The notes beneath the pieces were generated by a model that saw nothing but the letters and a program-made list of their open reading frames with translations, was not told the origin of the DNA and did no database searches. DNA of 43,407 bases from NCBI GenBank assembly GCA_944393475.1, contig CALYAI010000001.1, positions 1-43,407 on the forward strand. Reading direction: 5' to 3'. Shown here piece by piece: positions 26,604 to 35,106 of the stretch. The translations under genes were made by a program, and so were the position numbers. Within the stretch, counting starts at the first letter, position 1, and every line of letters begins with the position of its first letter. The DNA comes from an uncultured Clostridia bacterium. Its GTDB lineage: Bacteria > Bacillota > Clostridia > TANB77 > CAG-508.

Positions 26604-28688
26604 TTGAGCAAGAAACCAAATATAAGATTTAGATTTAATTTTATAACGACACTTATATATATAGTTGGGATTATCCTACTATTGCAACTTTTTAATTTGC
26701 AAATTGTTCATGGTAGTGAATATAGGGAACAATCCAATACAAGATTAACAAGGGAAAGTACTATAAAAGCTGATAGAGGATCAATATTGGATAAATCAGG
26801 AAATACAATTGTTGGCAATACAATGGGATTCAGTGTTGACCTATATAAAACAAAAATAGATGATAAAACACTAAATCAAACAATTTTAAATGTTGTAAAT
26901 ACATTGGAACAAAATGGAGACTCATATGTAGATAATTTTATAATAAATATTAATCCTTTTGCTTTTAATGTTTCTGACGAAAAAGTAGTTAAATTCAAAG
27001 AAAAATATGATATTGATGAAAATGCTTCTGCCGAAGAATGTTTTAATATTATGAAAGAAGAATACGAAATAGAAAACACGGATGTAACAGAAGCAAGAAA
27101 AATAATGGGAATTAGATATGAAATAGACGAAGAAGGATATAGTAGTACCAAGCCTTTACAAATATCAAATAATATAAAAAGAGAAACAGCATTAATTTTT
27201 AATGAAAAATCATCAGAATTTCCAGGAATTAATGTGGTTGTAGAGCCGGTTAGAAATTACGAACAAGGAACAACAGCATCACATATTGTAGGATATACAG
27301 GAAGAATCACATCTGAAGAATTAAAAACAAGAAAAGATACATATGACCAAGATGACATAATTGGAAAAAACGGTATAGAATCTGCTTTCGAAGAATATTT
27401 AAAAGGTAAAGATGGTGTAAAACAACTCGATATGAGTGTTGATGGAACGGTACAAGAGGAATATGTAACAGAAGAAGCTGTTAAAGGAGCAGACGTTGTT
27501 TTAACAATAGACTTAAATTTACAAAAAGTTACGGAGCAGGCATTGGCAGACACAATAAACAAAATAAATAGTGGTGGATATTCACAAAGATATGAAACAA
27601 ATTCAGGGGCAGCAGTCGTAATGGAAGTAAAAACAGGAAAAATTTTAGCAATGGCTAGCTATCCAACATATAATCCTCAAGACTTTGTAGGAACAATTTC
27701 TACAGACAAGTGGAATGAATATAATAATAATCCAGATTTGCCATTAATGAATAAAACAATTCAATCTGCATATGCACCTGGTTCAATTTTTAAAATGGTA
27801 ACTGCTATTGCAGGTTTGGAAACAGGAGCTACAAATACAACGGAAAAAATTCGTGACACGGGAACATTCTATAAATACAATAGTAGTTGGCATTGTTGGC
27901 TAAAAGGCGGACATGGTTGGCTTAATATAACTGGAGCTATAGAAAAATCTTGCAACTTTTTCTTCTATACAATAGGAAGTAGAATGGATATAGATACGCT
28001 TGCAAAATACGCAAGATATTTCGGATTAGGAGTAAAAACAGGTGTTGAATTACCAAGCGAAGTTTCTGGAACAGTTGCTTCTAGGGAAGCTGCAGGAAAA
28101 AGAGGTTGGTATGCAGGAGATATGATGTCTGCAGTTATTGGACAAAGTTATAATGCGTTCACACCATTGCAAATGGCAAAATATATTAGTATGGTAGCAA
28201 ATAATGGAAATGTAGTTAATCCAACAATAGTCGAGTCTGTTATAAATGCTGATGGAACAGAAGTTCCAAAGGATGAAGTAGAAAAAACAATAAAAGAGAA
28301 ATTAGGAGTAACCGATTTAGCTACTGAGGATTTAACAATATCACAAACAAGTATAGATGTTGTAAAAGAAGGAATGAGATCTGTTACATCTGATGAATCT
28401 GGTACAGCATATAGTGTATTTAAGAATTTCCCTATTGAAGTTGGTGGTAAAACAGGTTCTGCAGAAACACAAAGTGGTGCAGGAAATGGAAAGACAAATG
28501 CATGGTTTGCTGGGTTTGCACCATTTGACGATCCAGAAATTGCAGTAGTAGTTTTCGTAGAAAATGGTGGACATGGTTGGTATACAGGAGAAACCGTTAG
28601 AAATATTATGGAACAATATTTTGGAATGAATACAACACAAGTACAAGAAGATATGACACAAGCACCTTATGTAGAAACATATAGATAG
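26604..28688 (+). CDS. mrdA: Penicillin-binding protein 2 (elongation-specific class B transpeptidase)
   Basis: TTG start. N-terminal TM. SxxK (GSIFK), SxN (KSCN) and KTG (GKTGSAE) motifs in the correct order. Confidence 0.85.
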   Translation: MSKKPNIRFRFNFITTLIYIVGIILLLQLFNLQIVHGSEYREQSNTRLTRESTIKADRGSILDKSGNTIVGNTMGFSVDLYKTKIDDKTLNQTILNVVNTLEQNGDSYVDNFIININPFAFNVSDEKVVKFKEKYDIDENASAEECFNIMKEEYEIENTDVTEARKIMGIRYEIDEEGYSSTKPLQISNNIKRETALIFNEKSSEFPGINVVVEPVRNYEQGTTASHIVGYTGRITSEELKTRKDTYDQDDIIGKNGIESAFEEYLKGKDGVKQLDMSVDGTVQEEYVTEEAVKGADVVLTIDLNLQKVTEQALADTINKINSGGYSQRYETNSGAAVVMEVKTGKILAMASYPTYNPQDFVGTISTDKWNEYNNNPDLPLMNKTIQSAYAPGSIFKMVTAIAGLETGATNTTEKIRDTGTFYKYNSSWHCWLKGGHGWLNITGAIEKSCNFFFYTIGSRMDIDTLAKYARYFGLGVKTGVELPSEVSGTVASREAAGKRGWYAGDMMSAVIGQSYNAFTPLQMAKYISMVANNGNVVNPTIVESVINADGTEVPKDEVEKTIKEKLGVTDLATEDLTISQTSIDVVKEGMRSVTSDESGTAYSVFKNFPIEVGGKTGSAETQSGAGNGKTNAWFAGFAPFDDPEIAVVVFVENGGHGWYTGETVRNIMEQYFGMNTTQVQEDMTQAPYVETYR

Positions 28689-28703
28689 AAAGGAAGTTTA
28701 ATT

Positions 28704-29324
28704 ATGGCACAATACATTACAATTAATTTAAAAAAAGACTTAATAGTAATGAAGATAAGTGAAAAAGCAACACAGGAAGATACTATAAAAAGTTTAAAGA
28801 AAAAATTACCAGAATTAAAAAAGTTATATCAGCAAGAGAAAACGCCAATATTTGTAACAGGTAGAATTTTAAAAAACAAAGAATTAAAAGAAATAGAAGA
28901 ATTAATAACTAAAAGCATAAATGTAGATGTTGAATTCGATACACCTAAAGCTTTAGGATTAAATGAAATTAGAAGAACATATAATAAAGATGTTGCAATT
29001 TCAGAAGCTAAAATACATAGGGGCTCATTAAGATCTGGCCAAAGAATAGAATATGAGGGAACGATTGTAATTTTAGGTGATGTAAATGATGGTGCAGAAG
29101 TAATAGCAGGTGATAATGTTATAATCGTTGGAAAATTAAGAGGATTAGCACATGCTGGAGCAAAAGGAAACAAGCAAGCCATCATAGCAGCATATAGAAT
29201 AGATACACATCAATTAAGAATTGCAAATATAATAAAAGAATTAGAAAAAGATGAAGAAGCATATAATGTAGCATATACATATGCATATGTTGATGAAAAT
29301 GGAAAAGAAATAATCATAGAATAA
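28704..29324 (+). CDS. minC: Septum site-determining protein MinC
   Basis: C-terminal beta-helix region reads IHRGSLRSGQRIEYEGTIVILGDVNDGAEVIAGDNVIIVGKLRGLAHAG. Confidence 0.8.
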   Translation: MAQYITINLKKDLIVMKISEKATQEDTIKSLKKKLPELKKLYQQEKTPIFVTGRILKNKELKEIEELITKSINVDVEFDTPKALGLNEIRRTYNKDVAISEAKIHRGSLRSGQRIEYEGTIVILGDVNDGAEVIAGDNVIIVGKLRGLAHAGAKGNKQAIIAAYRIDTHQLRIANIIKELEKDEEAYNVAYTYAYVDENGKEIIIE

Positions 29325-29332
29325 ATTATAAA

Positions 29333-29376
29333 AAAGAATGTACTAAAAGCTATAAACGGACAAGTACATTCTTTTT
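29333..29376. terminator. Hairpin between convergent minC and the small-ORF operon
   Basis: AAAGAATGTAC / GTACATTCTTT 11-bp stem with an unusually large 20-nt loop, then T-run. Confidence 0.5.
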
Positions 29377-29389
29377 ATATACATAAAAT

Positions 29390-29560
29390 TTAGCTAAATA
29401 ATAGTAAAAATAAACAAATTAATAATTCTTTATCCATATTATTTTCATTATATAAAATAAACATTATAAAAAGAATTATTAAATCATCTAAATACAATTC
29501 TAATCCCAATATGTGTATTATGGGAATTTCTCCATCATGGAAAACTATTAGATCATTCAT
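29390..29560 (-). CDS. Possible small hydrophobic protein (about 56 aa), translationally coupled to the upstream ORF
   Basis: The ATG at 29560 overlaps the last codons and TGA of the 120-aa ORF. Hydrophobic stretches LIILFIMFILY and LLICLFLLLFS. No recognisable family, and it could be spurious. Confidence 0.3.
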   Translation of the reverse strand: MNDLIVFHDGEIPIIHILGLELYLDDLIILFIMFILYNENNMDKELLICLFLLLFS

Positions 29561-29915
29561 TTTTATCACCATCGTTAAAATTATTAAACATTTCTAATAG
29601 AGGAGCCATGTTCATTAATTTTATGTACTGACCTAATTTTTCTTGTCTACTTTTTCTTAAAAAAGGTTTTAAAGCTAAAAGAAGATTTGTTTTGTTATCA
29701 TTTTTTGAAGAATTTATTTTACACATTATTTCTTTAATCTTTAAAACTGTATTAATATCAATGCTTTCATCGATATTATTGCAAGAATTTGTATTGTTTG
29801 TATTTTGGGAAGACTTGTCAGTATTGTTTAAATTATTTATTAAATCTTTAAATTTATCCATATCTATATTACTATTCGAGAAATTTTTTATTAAATCTGA
29901 CAAATCATCATTCAT
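29553..29915 (-). CDS. Hypothetical 120-aa protein (Asn/Asp-rich N-terminal half, conserved-looking basic C-terminal helix LLLALKPFLRKSRQEKLGQYIKLMNMAPLL)
   Basis: Longest ORF in this interval, on the strand opposite to the surrounding operons. It is followed by the shared hairpin. Confidence 0.55.
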   Translation of the reverse strand: MNDDLSDLIKNFSNSNIDMDKFKDLINNLNNTDKSSQNTNNTNSCNNIDESIDINTVLKIKEIMCKINSSKNDNKTNLLLALKPFLRKSRQEKLGQYIKLMNMAPLLEMFNNFNDGDKNE

Positions 29916-29937
29916 AAAAATACATACCTTTCTTAAA

Positions 29938-30087
29938 TTATTCTAGATTTTTCTTTAATTTGTTTATAATTTCTTCCCTATTATCTGATTTCATAATTTT
30001 ATCTGCAATTTCCATACTTTTTTGTAAATTTTCTTTATCCACAGTGGACAACAAATTCATTAATTTTTTCATATCTAAATTATCCAT
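29938..30087 (-). CDS. Hypothetical 49-aa protein (not in the supplied ORF track)
   Basis: Read by hand: MDNLDMKKLMNLLSTVDKENLQKSMEIADKIMKSDNREEIINKLKKNLE. SD GGGGTG lies 6 nt upstream of the ATG at 30087. It shares an N-[LI]-D-M-x-K motif with the next ORF. Confidence 0.45.
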   Translation of the reverse strand: MDNLDMKKLMNLLSTVDKENLQKSMEIADKIMKSDNREEIINKLKKNLE

Positions 30088-30129
30088 AAAATCACCCCTA
30101 TTAATTTATATGAACTTTGTTACAATATT

Positions 30130-30158
30130 ATATTAGCAATGTTAATAAAATGTTACAA
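30130..30158 (-). promoter_or_regulatory. Putative promoter of the small-ORF operon
   Basis: Minus strand reads TTGTAA (30158-30153), 17-nt spacer, TAATAT (30135-30130). Confidence 0.4.
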
Positions 30159-30227
30159 AAAAAACAGATAAAATAATATTACATATTTATTAAATTTACA
30201 TAAAATTCAATAAAAATTGGAAAATTG

Positions 30228-30256
30228 TTGAAAAATAGCTAGAAAGAGTGTATAAT
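30228..30256 (+). promoter_or_regulatory. Sigma-A promoter of the giant surface-protein operon
   Basis: TTGAAA (30228-30233), exactly 17 nt, TATAAT (30251-30256). The implied TSS near 30263 makes the ORF-track start at 30266 unlikely. Confidence 0.65.
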
Positions 30257-30295
30257 ATATGATATATGGGATTATTATTTTTTAAGGAGGAAAAT

Positions 30296-33200
30296 ATGAA
30301 AAAGGATGTTGTAAATAAATTCATAGCAGCACTTTTAACAGTTTGTTTACTTATGACATATGTGTCAACTTTAACAAACTCTGTTTATGCTGCATATGAA
30401 GAATTAGAAAAACAAGGAATTGTATCAAACAACAAAAATGTCGAGTTCGATGCATATTTCAAAGAAGAAGGAAATAATAAACATAGTATCGAGGCAGAGA
30501 CATCTGCTGAACAAAAATTATATGTAAAAGTAAAGGTTAAAGACATGGGGTATCTAGAAAATGCAACAATTTCAATAGATAATCCAAACTTTACAATTTC
30601 AAGAAGCTTTTCATCAGATAGCATAAAAACAATTGATTATGATAATAATCAATTCACTCTAAACCAAATAGAGAGTGGAAAAGAAGTTGAAATAGAAATT
30701 CCTGTAAACTTTGCAAGAAATGATAATATGGATTTAACATATTTTTCAAGAGAAACAAGCTTAAATTTAACAGGAAAATATTATGATGAAAATGAGAGAG
30801 AAAGAAATATTAAATCTGATATAAAAGTTAGATTAAATTGGACAGCTACACCAAAAGCAGTATTAAGCGAAGATGTAGTTAAATATGGTACATATGAAGA
30901 TAAAGTATATATGCAAACAATATTAACTAGCAATCTAGAAGGAAACTCTCTTCCAGTAGAATTTACAAAATTAAATGTTAGCGCACCTAAGATAGGAGAT
31001 AAAACACCGGAAGAAGTAAGAATTTTTGCAGATACAACAGCAACAAATGGTGGAAGCATTACAAAGGATATGTGGTCATATAATAAAGGAACAGGTATCT
31101 TAGAAATAAATGTAGAGAATAAAGAAAATAATAATCAAGTAAATTGGAGAACGGGAGCAGATAAATTCTACATTACATATATTTATGAGAAAACAGAGCT
31201 AGCACCTATAACAGTTAATTTAAATTCTACTTCAACATTAAATACATATGTTACAAATCAAGAAGTAACAGCAAGTGTTAAAAAAGATGTAAATCTTGAA
31301 GGAGAATTAAGTAATGTTGTAAGTACAGAAGTTACAGCAACACCGGAATTATATAAAGGATATATGTATGCAAATAATAAATACGAAACAGAATATTCAT
31401 CTACAATATCAGCAAATATTGCATATACAGATGCTATAGACAAAGTATCTATAGAAGAAAATAATGCAAAATTTGTATTAACAGATGGTAGTGAGATTTC
31501 AGCAGGAAGTAATATTTATTATAAAGCTATATCTCTTAGTGGTGCAAAATTTAATGAGATTTTAGGAAACGATGGTAATATTCAAATTTATGACCAAAAC
31601 GGAAATAGAATTGCTGGTATAGATAAAAATACAGCAATGGACCAAAATGGTAATATGGTAATTACAATAGATAATCAAAATGTTTCATCAATAAAAATAG
31701 AAACATCAAAACCAGTTACAGAAGGAATATTAACAATTAATTTAAATAAAGCAATCAAAGCTACAACATCTTTAAATAGAACTACAATATCAAGTATTCA
31801 AAGAATGACTACAGAAGTTTCTGGAGATATTTCATTTAAAGAAATTAAGACAGAAACTACAGAAATGAAAGAGACATCTACAAAGGCAGAATTATATATA
31901 AGCAATACAAATTTAACAACAACTGCTAAAAATGAAAATGTAGAGATAAAAGCAATATTAAAATCAAATGATTATACATGTGATTTATATAGTAATCCAA
32001 CAGTAGAAATTACATTACCTAGCGAGATAGAAACTTTAGATTTAAAATCTGTAAACCTATTATACAATGGAAATATTACAATTGAGAACTATAATGTAAC
32101 AACAGATGCTAATGGTAACAAAGTAATTAGAATTACAATGAAAGGTGAACAAACAGAATTTGTTACAGATATTAGTAAAGGTATAAATATAGTAATAAAT
32201 ACAGATATAACATTAAGTAAAACAGCAGCAAGTAGTGATAAAACAGCAACATTAAAAGTTACAAATCAAAAAGCAATGCAATATGAAAATGACGGATTTG
32301 TAACAGTTCCAATGAGTATTTATGCACCACAAGGTGTAGTACTACTAAGTAGTGTATCAAATTTTGATAGTACAAATTCAGAAGTAGTTTCTATGACAAA
32401 TAAAGAACAAGCTGGAAAAATAGAAATAAATGGAACTGCAAAAAATATTACAATGAAAGCAACAGTTGTAAATAACTATGGTAAAGATATAAAAGAGCCA
32501 AAAGTTCTAGGTAGAATTCCATTCCAAGGAAACAAGAAAACTGATGGAGAAGAATTAGGATCAACAGTGGATACAATTTTAACATCAGGAATTACTCTTT
32601 CTGGAATAGATAGTAATTTAGCTACAATCTACTATAGTGAAAATGCAGAAGCAACAGCAGACATAAATAATCCGGACAATGCTTGGACAACATCAATAAA
32701 TGATGCTACAAAGATTAGATCATATTTAGTTGTATTTACAAATTATGTAATGCCTCAAGCAACATCTTTCGATATGTCATACAATGTACAAGTACCAGAG
32801 AATTTACCACATAATGAAAATGCATTTGGTACATATACTGTATACTATAATGAAGAAGAAAATAACGAAACAATAGCAAGAGAGAGTATAGCTCCAACAG
32901 TTGGTGTATCTACAGGTAAAGGACCAGAATTATCTGCAAATATTTCTTCTAATGTTAGTACAGAAGTTTCAACAGTGGATATTATGGAATATAAAGTTAC
33001 AATAAAAAATGATGGTGAAGTAGAAGCACAAAATGCAAAAGTAACAGTTAATTTACCAGATATAGTTGACTATGCAGAACGTATAGAAGAACCAATGGGA
33101 GAAAGTTATCAGCCAAGACCTGAGCAAAGAACAATAGAACTTTCTGTTGGAAATTTAGCACCAGGCGAGAGTAAAGAAACATCTTTCACATTAAAGGCAA

Positions 33201-35089
33201 ATAAAGAGGGAACATTTAAATTAGATTTTGTTCTTTCTGCAGACAACCTAGAAAAAACAGCACAAGTATCATCACAAGAAATAAAAGTTACATTAGCAAG
33301 TTTTTATATAGAATTTACTACACCAACACAAACAAATGTAGGTGTAAATAGTGAGATAGATTACTACATAAACATTTCTAATGCAACTGATAAGAAAATA
33401 AACAATGTAAAAGCAACAATAACTTTACCAGATACAGTTGAATATGTACAAGCAACAAGAGGTGAATATGTAGGAGAAAATCCAACAGAAGAAGATGTAA
33501 GTTATGACGAAAAAGATAGAGTTGTAACATTTGATGTTGGTGATATCGAAGCAAATTCAGCTGCAGAATACACATTTGGATTAAAAGTTAAAGTTGTAAA
33601 AGATGAAGATATTAATATGCAAGTTGTAGTTACTGGTAAAGATGCAAATACACAAAAAAGTTCAGTAATTTTACATACAACAAGCGAAAACAAATTAGAT
33701 GTAACAACAGAGACAGATATTACAGAAGATTATTTACAAATAGGTGATGTTGTAACATATACAATTAAAGCTAAAAACATAAGTTCAGGACTTATTAAAA
33801 ATGTAAAAGTATCTGCAACAATACCAGAAAACTTAAAATATTTAAATACAACATATTATCTAGATGATACAGAAATATTTAATGGATATTTATTAGAAGA
33901 TAGAGTTTCTTCAGCTACTATGGACCTAGATGCAGGACAAACATTAACATTTGTAGTAAAAGCAGCAGTAAATAAATTGACTGATCCATCAAAAGAGCAA
34001 GAAGATGCAAATGTAAAAGTAGAAGTAAGTGGCGATGGAACAGAAGATTATAAAACAGATTTTAAAAACACAATAGAAAATGACAACCCAACAAATCCAG
34101 ATGGATCTAATACATATAGAATCTCAGGTACAGTATGGTATGACGAAAACAGAAATGGTACAAGGGATTCTAACGAAGAATTACTTTCTGGAATACCAGT
34201 TTCTATTGTGGATGCAGAAACAGGAAAAGCTGTTAAGAATTCAAATGGTGATGAAATTACAGCAACAACAGATGAAAAAGGCGAATATATTTTAAGTGAT
34301 TTATTGCAAGGTAAATATATAGTTAAATTTGCATATGACAATTCAAAATATGCAATAACAGAATATAGAGCACAGGGAGCTGATGAAACAGTAAACTCTG
34401 ACGCAATTAACACAACAGAAAATAATGGAACAGCAATAACTGACAACTTAGATATAACAGATTCTAGTATGAATAATATAGACTTAGGTTTAATAACAAA
34501 AGGAAACTTCGATTTATCACTTAATAAAACATTAACACAAATTCAAATGGCAGATGGAAAGACAACAAAATCAGTATCATTTGACCATGAAAAATTAGGT
34601 AAAATAGAAGTAGATGGAAAACGTATAAATAGTACAAACTTAGTAATTGAATATACAATGACAATAACAAACAATGGTAATGTAGCAGGATATGCTAAGA
34701 AGATAGTTGATTATGTTCCAGATTCATTATCATTTAGTTCAAGCTTAAATAATAACTGGTATGCTTCTGGAAATACAGTAGTATGTACAAGCTTAGAGAA
34801 TGAATTAATTAATCCAGGAGAAAGTAAAGAAGTTAAATTACTATTAACTAAGAAGATGGACGAAAATGGAACAGGAACAGTTACAAATAAAGCAGAAATA
34901 ACAGAAACATATAATGACCAAGGACTACTAGATGCAACATCAGAAAATGATGATACAAATTCTTCAGCAAATGTTATTATTGGTATAAAAACTGGTGGAC
35001 CAGTTACATATATATTATTAACTGTATCAATATTAGCAATTGTAGGATGTGGAGCATACATAATTAATAAGAAAGTATTAAAGGTTTAG
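30296..35089 (+). CDS. Giant surface protein A (1597 aa): signal peptide, long beta-rich N-terminal region, three DUF11/CARDB-like repeats, one SdrD-B/Cna-B-like module, one further DUF11-like module, C-terminal TM anchor
   Basis: ATG at 30296, 6 nt after AAGGAGG. Signal peptide ends in NSVYA/AYE. DUF11-like segments include YKVTIKNDGEVEAQNAKVTVNLPD...GNLAPGESKETSF. SdrD-B-like segment reads YRISGTVWYDENRNGTRD...DEKGEYILSDLLQGKYIVKF. Tail is IKTGGPVTYILLTVSILAIVGCGAYIINKKVLKV. Confidence 0.8.
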   Translation: MKKDVVNKFIAALLTVCLLMTYVSTLTNSVYAAYEELEKQGIVSNNKNVEFDAYFKEEGNNKHSIEAETSAEQKLYVKVKVKDMGYLENATISIDNPNFTISRSFSSDSIKTIDYDNNQFTLNQIESGKEVEIEIPVNFARNDNMDLTYFSRETSLNLTGKYYDENERERNIKSDIKVRLNWTATPKAVLSEDVVKYGTYEDKVYMQTILTSNLEGNSLPVEFTKLNVSAPKIGDKTPEEVRIFADTTATNGGSITKDMWSYNKGTGILEINVENKENNNQVNWRTGADKFYITYIYEKTELAPITVNLNSTSTLNTYVTNQEVTASVKKDVNLEGELSNVVSTEVTATPELYKGYMYANNKYETEYSSTISANIAYTDAIDKVSIEENNAKFVLTDGSEISAGSNIYYKAISLSGAKFNEILGNDGNIQIYDQNGNRIAGIDKNTAMDQNGNMVITIDNQNVSSIKIETSKPVTEGILTINLNKAIKATTSLNRTTISSIQRMTTEVSGDISFKEIKTETTEMKETSTKAELYISNTNLTTTAKNENVEIKAILKSNDYTCDLYSNPTVEITLPSEIETLDLKSVNLLYNGNITIENYNVTTDANGNKVIRITMKGEQTEFVTDISKGINIVINTDITLSKTAASSDKTATLKVTNQKAMQYENDGFVTVPMSIYAPQGVVLLSSVSNFDSTNSEVVSMTNKEQAGKIEINGTAKNITMKATVVNNYGKDIKEPKVLGRIPFQGNKKTDGEELGSTVDTILTSGITLSGIDSNLATIYYSENAEATADINNPDNAWTTSINDATKIRSYLVVFTNYVMPQATSFDMSYNVQVPENLPHNENAFGTYTVYYNEEENNETIARESIAPTVGVSTGKGPELSANISSNVSTEVSTVDIMEYKVTIKNDGEVEAQNAKVTVNLPDIVDYAERIEEPMGESYQPRPEQRTIELSVGNLAPGESKETSFTLKANKEGTFKLDFVLSADNLEKTAQVSSQEIKVTLASFYIEFTTPTQTNVGVNSEIDYYINISNATDKKINNVKATITLPDTVEYVQATRGEYVGENPTEEDVSYDEKDRVVTFDVGDIEANSAAEYTFGLKVKVVKDEDINMQVVVTGKDANTQKSSVILHTTSENKLDVTTETDITEDYLQIGDVVTYTIKAKNISSGLIKNVKVSATIPENLKYLNTTYYLDDTEIFNGYLLEDRVSSATMDLDAGQTLTFVVKAAVNKLTDPSKEQEDANVKVEVSGDGTEDYKTDFKNTIENDNPTNPDGSNTYRISGTVWYDENRNGTRDSNEELLSGIPVSIVDAETGKAVKNSNGDEITATTDEKGEYILSDLLQGKYIVKFAYDNSKYAITEYRAQGADETVNSDAINTTENNGTAITDNLDITDSSMNNIDLGLITKGNFDLSLNKTLTQIQMADGKTTKSVSFDHEKLGKIEVDGKRINSTNLVIEYTMTITNNGNVAGYAKKIVDYVPDSLSFSSSLNNNWYASGNTVVCTSLENELINPGESKEVKLLLTKKMDENGTGTVTNKAEITETYNDQGLLDATSENDDTNSSANVIIGIKTGGPVTYILLTVSILAIVGCGAYIINKKVLKV

Positions 35090-35106
35090 AAAGGGGGATG
35101 GAAGAT

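Noticed and set aside
34048-34446. 132-aa minus-strand and 71-aa +-strand alternative-frame ORFs inside giant gene A, plus similar short ORFs across 30.3-38.1 kb
   Set aside because: They are embedded in a long uninterrupted ORF with recognisable domains, and no independent signals are present.
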